A DNA stretch of 64,000 bases from an uncultured Terracidiphilus sp. Lineage in GTDB: Bacteria; Acidobacteriota; Terriglobia; Terriglobales; Acidobacteriaceae. Below, one piece after another: positions 17,807 through 24,493 of this stretch. The notes under the pieces are model-generated. The model was not told where the DNA came from. It ran no database searches and saw nothing but the letters and a program-made list of their open reading frames with translations. The position numbers and the translations under genes were made by a program. How positions within the stretch are numbered: position 1 is the stretch's first letter; every line of letters starts with the position of its first letter. The stretch is from contig CAZMHC010000005.1 of assembly GCA_964565955.1 (NCBI GenBank), forward strand, positions 11,560 through 75,559, given 5' to 3'.

Positions 17807-18685
17807 ATGAGGGATTGCATGAACGCTGTCTTGCCTCCGCGAAAGCTGCCGGCATCGGTGGTCGAAGTATGGCAGTTCGATCTCGATATGCGGTTGCATC
17901 CCGGAATCGATCTGGACAGTATCCTGTCGGTCGAGGAGCGCAGCCGCGCGGACCGCTACGTCTTTGCCCGCGATGCAAATCGTTTTCGGCTTTGTCGGGC
18001 AATGCTTCGGCTCGGTCTTGGCTGGTATTTGGGAGCGAATCCGCGAGAGCTGGCTCTGACAGTGAACGAGTACGGCAAACCGCGCCTGCGCGAATCGTCC
18101 GCCGCTCCGCACTTCAACGTGACGCATAGCGAGGGACTGGGGCTGATTGCGTTTACGGGAGTCGGGGAAGTTGGGATCGACGCGGAGGCGGTTCGGCGCG
18201 AAGTCGATGCTCTGGAGGTCGCTTCCGCCCACTTCACTGAACGCGAGGCGGCGATGGTGGCGGCGGCGATGCCGGAAGAACAGGCGGGAACCTTTCTGCG
18301 TCTGTGGACGAGGAAGGAGGCTGCGTTGAAGGCGGCCGGAGTTGGAATAGGGCGCGGCTTGAGCGCATTCGACGTGTCGCGAACGCCGGATAACTTGGCG
18401 CGGCTGAGCGGCGGGTCGGAAGGAAGCCATGAAACTTTATGGATGGTGAGGGACATGGAAGTTATCGACGGGTTCGTTGGGGCGGTTGCCGCCGCGGCGG
18501 GAGATTGGTCGATCCGGCAATGGCCCATTCGTTCCGAAGATGCGATCGACAGTTTGATAGCTCAATTCGATAAGTTGTTGCAATATGCGGCGCGGTCGCG
18601 GCCGCCGCGGCACAATGACCGCAACGGCAAAGGCGGCAAACTCCAGAGTATAAGTCGAGAAGCGGACGCGCCGCCGCTAACATAG
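17807..18685 (+). CDS. Sfp-type 4'-phosphopantetheinyl transferase
   Basis: PPTase motifs are FNVTHSEGLGLIAF, GIDAE and WTRKEAALKA. The start may be ATG 17819 instead. Confidence 0.85.
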   Translation: MRDCMNAVLPPRKLPASVVEVWQFDLDMRLHPGIDLDSILSVEERSRADRYVFARDANRFRLCRAMLRLGLGWYLGANPRELALTVNEYGKPRLRESSAAPHFNVTHSEGLGLIAFTGVGEVGIDAEAVRREVDALEVASAHFTEREAAMVAAAMPEEQAGTFLRLWTRKEAALKAAGVGIGRGLSAFDVSRTPDNLARLSGGSEGSHETLWMVRDMEVIDGFVGAVAAAAGDWSIRQWPIRSEDAIDSLIAQFDKLLQYAARSRPPRHNDRNGKGGKLQSISREADAPPLT

Positions 18686-19097
18686 GTCGAAGGAAGCGTA
18701 ACTTTCGCCGATGGGAGGCGCATCGGAGGAAAACGCGATGCGCGGCGCCCCGACGATAGATGCGAGGGTTGGGGAAAGGCCGATCGCACTCATGGAAAGG
18801 CTCCGGATTCATTCGGCGCTTTCTCGCGGAGGGCAAAAAAATCGTTGTCGAATCGGGAATTTTGAGCCGAATTGAGCACCATATTTATAAAGATTTCGGG
18901 TTGAAAGGACGACGGAGAGCGACTGGGGCGCGGTATATAAGTCGTTTACAATCTATATATTGAAAACATGGGATTCACGGTAACAGGCATAAAACTTACC
19001 GTAGTCACACGAGCGGTTACTAAAAAACAGTAGCAATTTGTTGCTCAATGCACTAGAGTCTTCTCAGAGAGGGTAGCATTTCAACGGGGAGCGCGAT

Positions 19098-19418
19098 GTG
19101 GCAGCGATCACTCAAGCGAAATGGAGAATCGGCGATGCGGAACACGGCATTCGTCACGATGGGGCGAAGGAGAGATGCATCTACCCCAATTTGAAATTGA
19201 GCATCTATACCGCGGGCATACGCCAGAATCAGTTAGCCAAGCAGCTGGGTATAGATGAGGGCTATCTGAGCAGGATACTCAACGGAGTTCGCGTACCTGG
19301 AGAGCAGATACAAGTTCAGATAGCGAACGCTTTGGGATGCGATGCGGAATGGCTGTTCAAACACACCACCGTCAAAGCTGTAGGACGCAAGTTTATGGAA
19401 GACGCAAAGATCGGTTAA
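19098..19418 (+). CDS. XRE-family helix-turn-helix transcriptional regulator
   Basis: The HTH reads IRQNQLAKQLGIDEGYLSRILNGVRVPG. GC content is visibly lower than in its neighbours. GTG start; the exact start is uncertain. Confidence 0.75.
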   Translation: MAAITQAKWRIGDAEHGIRHDGAKERCIYPNLKLSIYTAGIRQNQLAKQLGIDEGYLSRILNGVRVPGEQIQVQIANALGCDAEWLFKHTTVKAVGRKFMEDAKIG

Positions 19419-19551
19419 GAGACGTTTTCCTCAGTGAACGCTTGAATTTTTTCAACGATGGATTTGCGCTGTTGCTTTGGAGCTGCGATATTCGCTCCTA
19501 AACTTCCCCCGACCCTTTTGGACAGATCGACGCAAGACTGAAGTTTTTGCA

Positions 19552-19583
19552 CTCGAATGTGAGTGACATAGGCGAAGCCCGCT
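19552..19583 (+). repeat. Leader-region repeat, copy 1 (CTCGAATGTGAGTGACATAGGCGAAGCCCGCT)
   Basis: This 32-mer matches 19829-19860 with 2 mismatches. It contains the GCGAAGC mini-hairpin core. Confidence 0.8.
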
Positions 19584-19828
19584 CCGATTCGATTTTCCGA
19601 TCGGCGCGATGCCCAAATCGGAGCAATTTCAATCCGACTTCGCATACGGAGCGGAATGTCGCCGGGTTAGCTGTACGCAGGGATGAACCCGGCATCAAAA
19701 GGAATTGCTATCGGTCTTCCGTTACTCATGGATGAACGGTTGCGTTTTCTCCGAACTGTCGGCGCAGCCGGAATCGGCTCATGCACACCCCCCAAGCCGC
19801 ATGACAGGTTAACCGAAAATGGACAGCG

Positions 19829-19860
19829 CTCGAATGTGAGTGACAGGGGCGAAGCCCGCT
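19829..19860 (+). repeat. Leader-region repeat, copy 2 (CTCGAATGTGAGTGACAGGGGCGAAGCCCGCT), 141 nt upstream of the NusG-paralog start
   Basis: See copy 1. Its 17-mer GACAGGGGCGAAGCCCG recurs exactly at 31842-31858. Confidence 0.8.
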
Positions 19861-20000
19861 TCAAACCTGACAGTGAAATGGGGATGGGACGGATTCATTT
19901 GTCGATGCCGCGGCCAGCGAGCTGCAAGCTCCCTCGCCGACCGTCAACCGTCCATATGGACAAAGCAAGGCCGAATTGTCAGCGCGTGTATGGAGGCGAA

Positions 20001-20612
20001 ATGGGCGCACACAGCCTTAACTCGAGTTTTCAGACCGGAAACAAGCAGGTTCCGGATGGTTTCAATCCGGCGTGGTATGCGGTGCAGACCGCCTACCGCT
20101 GCGAGCAGCGCGCGGCTACGAGTCTGACCGCGAAAGGGATTGCGACCTATCTTCCGCTGCTGCGGGAGGTTCACCAGTGGAAGGATCGCCGCAAGGTCGT
20201 GGAAGTGCCGGCCTTCAGCGGCTACCTGTTCGTTCAATACGAGCCCAGTTTGCGCAACCGTGTAAAGGTGTTGGAAACGAGCGGCATAGTTCGTCTGCTG
20301 GGGGGGAATCATGAGCCGAGCCCGGTCCCCGAAGTCGAGATCGAAGCGGTTCGGCGCACTCTGGACAGCAAGGCGCCGTGCGTCCGCTGCGACGCGCTTA
20401 CGCCGGGGACCGCGGTACGGGTCAAGTCCGGTCCGCTGGCCGGCGTTCAAGGGCGACTGGCGCGAATCAAGAACAGTTTCCGGCTGATCGTCACCATCTC
20501 GGTTTTTTCTCAAGCCATCTCGGCCGAGCTTGCCATGAACGACGTGGAAGCGGTCCACGATCGTTCCTCGCTTCAACATTCGGTTTGGGAGCAATCCGCT
20601 TTTGCGAGCTAA
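20001..20612 (+). CDS. Specialised NusG paralog (UpxY/LoaP/RfaH-like transcription antiterminator)
   Basis: ATG 20001 is preceded by GGAGG. The NGN domain reads WYAVQTAYRCEQRAATSL...PAFSGYLFV. The KOW motif reads GTAVRVKSGPLAGVQGRL. It is the first gene of the glycan locus. Confidence 0.85.
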   Translation: MGAHSLNSSFQTGNKQVPDGFNPAWYAVQTAYRCEQRAATSLTAKGIATYLPLLREVHQWKDRRKVVEVPAFSGYLFVQYEPSLRNRVKVLETSGIVRLLGGNHEPSPVPEVEIEAVRRTLDSKAPCVRCDALTPGTAVRVKSGPLAGVQGRLARIKNSFRLIVTISVFSQAISAELAMNDVEAVHDRSSLQHSVWEQSAFAS

Positions 20613-20712
20613 TCTCGCTTCCTTCCTCTAACCGCGGGTCCGGCGACTTTTCGCATCGAACTGGAAAAGCGAGCGGGTCCATCTCTGAACGAAGAATCGC
20701 GGAGGGATCGCC

Positions 20713-22047
20713 ATGCTGAAATCGAAAGCGCCTCGAGTAGCAATTCTAGGAGTGGCCGTCGACAACCTGACGATGGACGAAGTTCTGAACGCCGTCGAGG
20801 AGAAGATCGCGGAGGGCGGCTTCCATCAGATAGCAACGGCCAACGCGGACTTCCTCATCAAATCGATTCACGACGAGGAACTGTACGAAACCCTGACCCG
20901 CTGCGACCTGGTTCTGGCCGACGGAATGCCGCTTGTATGGGCATCGCGGCTGTTGGGAACGGGTCTGAAGGAGCGCGTCGCGGGAGCCGATTTGGTGCCT
21001 CAACTGGCAAGACTGTCTGCCCGGCGGGGTTACCGAATCTTTCTTCTGGGGGCGGATGAGGAGAGTTCCGCGGGCACGGCGGCGTGGATGGAGAGGAACT
21101 ATCCCGGCGTTCGCATTGCCGGCCGCTATTGCCCAAGGCATTCGCCTTTGGAGGAGATGGATCACGAGGAGATACTGTCGAGGATCGAGGAGGCTCGGCC
21201 GGACATACTTCTGGTGGCCTTTGGAAACCCCAAGCAGGAAAAATGGCTGACCATGCATCGGCAAAGGCTGGAGGTTCCCGTGTGCATCGGAGTCGGCGGC
21301 TCGTTCGACTTTTTGAGCGGGAAGACCTCGCGCGCGCCGAGCTGGATGCAGCATAGCGGGATGGAATGGCTGCATCGGACGATGCAAGATCCATCGCGGT
21401 TGGCGAAGCGCTATTTGAGCAACGCCGTGGGTCTTTTGCGCTATCTTCCGGTGCAGCTTGCGGCCATGGCCATGCAGGGGAAACCGCGTCAAGGGGCGCG
21501 GATTACGCGGGAGAGGATGGGCGCGACGACCGTTCTGAGCATAGCGGGAGATTTCACCGGGTCGTTGTTGCCGCGGTTCGAATCCGACGTTCGCAGCGCG
21601 GTGCTTTCCGGCTCTCACGTGGTGCTCGACATGAGCCAAACGGCATACATCGGAGCGGACGCGATCGCCTCTCTGATTTACGCGATGAATGTCACTCGCA
21701 GTTGGAAGCGGGAACTTTGGCTGGCGGGGCTGGATCGGTTTCTGGCTCTGGTGGTGGGCGCATCGCGGCTGCGGCTCTTCTTTCGCATGGCGCCGAAGGT
21801 TTCGGAGGCGTTGCGTCGCATCCAGCCGGAGTCGATGCCGGTTCCTCGGTTCGGCGAAGACTGGGCGTATTGCCGCATAGGCGGGCAGATGGTGCCGATT
21901 CACGTCCATGAAGTGCCGGATGTGTACCGTCAGGTAAGGCAAATGCTGCGTCGGGAGTTTGCGGTCGAGACGATTTCGGTCTTGTCGTCAAGCGGTCTGG
22001 ACAGGGACAAATTGATTCACGATTTGATTCCAGCCGATGCCAGATAA
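20713..22047 (+). CDS. WecB/TagA/CpsF-family (GT26) glycosyltransferase fused to a C-terminal STAS domain
   Basis: The N-terminal 250 aa carry ILGVAVDNLTMDEVL, ATANADFL, LADGMPLVWASRLLG, FGNPKQEKW and GVGGSFDFLSG. The C-terminal roughly 110 aa (TVLSIAGDFTG...VVLDMSQTAYIGADAIASLI...LAGL) have an anti-sigma-antagonist/STAS-like pattern. Confidence 0.85.
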   Translation: MLKSKAPRVAILGVAVDNLTMDEVLNAVEEKIAEGGFHQIATANADFLIKSIHDEELYETLTRCDLVLADGMPLVWASRLLGTGLKERVAGADLVPQLARLSARRGYRIFLLGADEESSAGTAAWMERNYPGVRIAGRYCPRHSPLEEMDHEEILSRIEEARPDILLVAFGNPKQEKWLTMHRQRLEVPVCIGVGGSFDFLSGKTSRAPSWMQHSGMEWLHRTMQDPSRLAKRYLSNAVGLLRYLPVQLAAMAMQGKPRQGARITRERMGATTVLSIAGDFTGSLLPRFESDVRSAVLSGSHVVLDMSQTAYIGADAIASLIYAMNVTRSWKRELWLAGLDRFLALVVGASRLRLFFRMAPKVSEALRRIQPESMPVPRFGEDWAYCRIGGQMVPIHVHEVPDVYRQVRQMLRREFAVETISVLSSSGLDRDKLIHDLIPADAR

Positions 22048-22146
22048 GTTGGACGGCGGCGCGGGGATGCCCTGGGATGGAGTTTCCCGCGCCGGCTTCC
22101 ATGCAACAGCGGTTCGGCGCCATCGAGGGGAACGGAGTCGCGATTC

Positions 22147-23340
22147 ATGCTTCCGCACCAATTGTTCGGTCTGTTCGGGTTGGTTCTGACGCTGGCGACG
22201 CTGCCGCTGGCGGTTGAATTGCTGGTTCTGACGGCGGCGGCTCTGTTGCCGGCGGCGCGATCGGGTTCGAAAGATCGAGCCGCCGGAGAAGAGGCGTTTC
22301 CGCTCACGGTTCTGGTTCCGGCTCACAATGAAGAGGCTCTGATCGGGCGCTGCGTTCGCGGCTTGACGGAGTCGGCGGGTTGCGGCGCGGAGGTGCTGGT
22401 GGTGGCGCACAACTGCACCGACGGGACGGCGGCGGAAGCGGAGGCCGCGGGAGCGCGGGTGCTGAAGCTGGACGATTTGGATCGGAAGGGCAAGGGGTGC
22501 GCGCTGCGTCATGGGTTTGCGGCGGCGCTAGCCGGGCCTTCGATGGCAGTGCTTGTGGTGGATGCGGATTCCGTGGTTTCCCCCGGCTTGATAGCGGCGG
22601 CGCGGGAGAGATTTCAGCGCGGGGCGCAGGCGCTGCAATGCCGTTATGAGGTGAACAATCCGCTGGGGAACCAGCGCACGGAACTGATGGCGCTTGCGTT
22701 TCAGGGGTTCAACGCGATCCGTCCACGCGGCCGCGAGCGACTTGGCCTCTCGGCGGGAATTTTGGGCAATGGCTTCGGGCTTCACCGGGAAGCGTTGACG
22801 CGGGTTCCATACGGAGCCAATTCGGTTGTCGAGGATCTGGAATATCACCTGGCTCTGGTTCGCGCCGGGATCCGCGTCGAGTTTGTCGATACGGAGGCGG
22901 TTCGCGGCGAGATGCCGGTTTCGGATCGCGGCGCGCGCACGCAGCGCGCTCGCTGGGAAGGCGGGCGTCAGCGCATGATGAGGCATTGGGCCCCGAAGCT
23001 GATGGGCGATGTGCTGCGCGGACGAGCGAGGCTGATCGAGCCGCTTCTCGATCTGCTGTCGGCGCCGATGGCCACAGAGGCAATTCTGTTGCTGGTTGCG
23101 GCCTGTCTGCCCGTTCCGTGGCTCAGGCTGTACGTTCTGGCAGTGTTACTGGTTCTGATCCTACACGTAACCGCCGCAGGTGCCAGCGGTTCCGGTTTTT
23201 GGCGAACGATGAGGGTTATGGCCGCCGTTCCGGGCTATATTGTATGGAAGATATGGATTCTGCCGGAGACATGGCGCGCTTCCCGCAAGGATTCCGCATG
23301 GGTGCGGACGGAGCGCGATTCGCCGGCGGACGCTCAGTGA
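22147..23340 (+). CDS. Membrane-embedded family-2 glycosyltransferase, synthase-like (D, DxD, ED, QxxRW)
   Basis: An N-terminal TM precedes VLVPAHNEE, VVDADS, VEDLEY and QRARW. Three or four TM segments follow at the C-terminus. Confidence 0.85.
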   Translation: MLPHQLFGLFGLVLTLATLPLAVELLVLTAAALLPAARSGSKDRAAGEEAFPLTVLVPAHNEEALIGRCVRGLTESAGCGAEVLVVAHNCTDGTAAEAEAAGARVLKLDDLDRKGKGCALRHGFAAALAGPSMAVLVVDADSVVSPGLIAAARERFQRGAQALQCRYEVNNPLGNQRTELMALAFQGFNAIRPRGRERLGLSAGILGNGFGLHREALTRVPYGANSVVEDLEYHLALVRAGIRVEFVDTEAVRGEMPVSDRGARTQRARWEGGRQRMMRHWAPKLMGDVLRGRARLIEPLLDLLSAPMATEAILLLVAACLPVPWLRLYVLAVLLVLILHVTAAGASGSGFWRTMRVMAAVPGYIVWKIWILPETWRASRKDSAWVRTERDSPADAQ

Positions 23341-23421
23341 AGCGCGCATTCGATCCTTTCGCAGTCAAAGCGTCATGCGTTTCCGAAGCCGCGGGTCGCG
23401 CAAGCGCTGAAGGAGCATTCA

Positions 23422-24477
23422 GTGAATTCATCGAGTCGAGGTTGGAGGCCGGTCGTTTGCGGGATTGTCATTCTTGCGATCGGCATGGTTTGCGCGCCGG
23501 GCGCGGGAGCGAAGCCGCCGGATAGCGCGCCGGTGGGCAGCGACATTGCGCAGACAACCCAGGCGACGGGGGCATCGGTCGCGGGGAACCAGCAAGATCC
23601 GAAGCTGAAGTTGAGCCCCATCGAGGCCTTGCGCAGGTTCGAGCCGTCGGCGGACGAGGAATACACTCTGGGCGCGGGCGACGAGATTTCCATTCAGTTC
23701 CCTGGACGCTTGGAGTTGGCCAGCAAAGACGTGATCGGTCCGGACGGACGCATAACGCTTCCTCTTGCGGGTCCGATCAAGGTCGCCGGCCTTACCCGCG
23801 AAGCGGCCGGACAAAAGATAGCCGAGGCGCTATCGGTTTACTACACCAACCTGACGGCGACGGTGCAGGTGGAGAAATACGGATCGAATCACATTGTTCT
23901 TCTGGGGAGCGTGAAGAATCCAGGAGTGATGGATTTCGACCAGACGCCGACCCTGCTGGAGGTGCTTTCGAAGGGGGGCATCGAAACCCGTCCCGACGGC
24001 AACCTTCCCGATCAGTGCGTGATCTATCGCGGAGAGCAAGTGTTCTGGGTTGATCTGGAGGATTTGCTGGCGAGCGGAAGCCCCCTGGCGGATCTTCGGC
24101 TGCGCCGGGACGACGTGATCTTCGTTCCCGCATTGTCGACCAGGAACGTGACGGTGATGGGACAAGTGCAGCATCCGGGCGAGATCGCGCTGCGGCACGA
24201 CTCGACTCTTTCCTCGGTTCTGGGCGAGGCGGGCGGCATCAGCGATGCGGCGGGCAACAACCCGGAGCTTCAGATCGTGCATCGTTCCAAGGGGGGCACG
24301 ACTCAATATGTCCGCTTCAAGGACCTTCTGAAGCCGACGGGAGGACTTGAAGTCTCGCTGAACCCCGGCGATATCGTTTACGTGCCCAAGAGCGGACTTT
24401 CCAAAGTCGGCTTTGTCATGCAGCAACTGGCGCCGTTCTTGACGATGGGCAGTTTCGCGGCGCTTGCCGTTCATTGA
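23422..24477 (+). CDS. Polysaccharide export protein (Wza-like; Poly_export plus SLBB domains)
   Basis: GTG start with an AGGAG RBS, then a signal peptide. Motifs are YTLGAGDEISI, GPDGRITLPLAGPIKVAGLT and the SLBB-like VTVMGQVQHPG. Confidence 0.85.
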   Translation: MNSSSRGWRPVVCGIVILAIGMVCAPGAGAKPPDSAPVGSDIAQTTQATGASVAGNQQDPKLKLSPIEALRRFEPSADEEYTLGAGDEISIQFPGRLELASKDVIGPDGRITLPLAGPIKVAGLTREAAGQKIAEALSVYYTNLTATVQVEKYGSNHIVLLGSVKNPGVMDFDQTPTLLEVLSKGGIETRPDGNLPDQCVIYRGEQVFWVDLEDLLASGSPLADLRLRRDDVIFVPALSTRNVTVMGQVQHPGEIALRHDSTLSSVLGEAGGISDAAGNNPELQIVHRSKGGTTQYVRFKDLLKPTGGLEVSLNPGDIVYVPKSGLSKVGFVMQQLAPFLTMGSFAALAVH

Positions 24478-24493
24478 CTTTGAAAGGTTGGAT

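Noticed and set aside
19415-19864. Minus-strand small ORFs 19415-19645, 19498-19698 and 19667-19864 in the NusG-paralog leader
   Set aside because: They overlap one another. The conserved 32-nt repeat is read in different frames in different ORFs, so conservation is at the nucleotide level and not the protein level. None has an RBS.
19419-20000. An ops/JUMPstart element (GGCGGTAG) as the recruitment site for the NusG paralog
   Set aside because: I did not find the ops 8-mer in either leader (19419-20000 or 31709-32094) by eye. The repeated GACAGGGGCGAAGCCCG motif is proposed instead, with a stated significance caveat.
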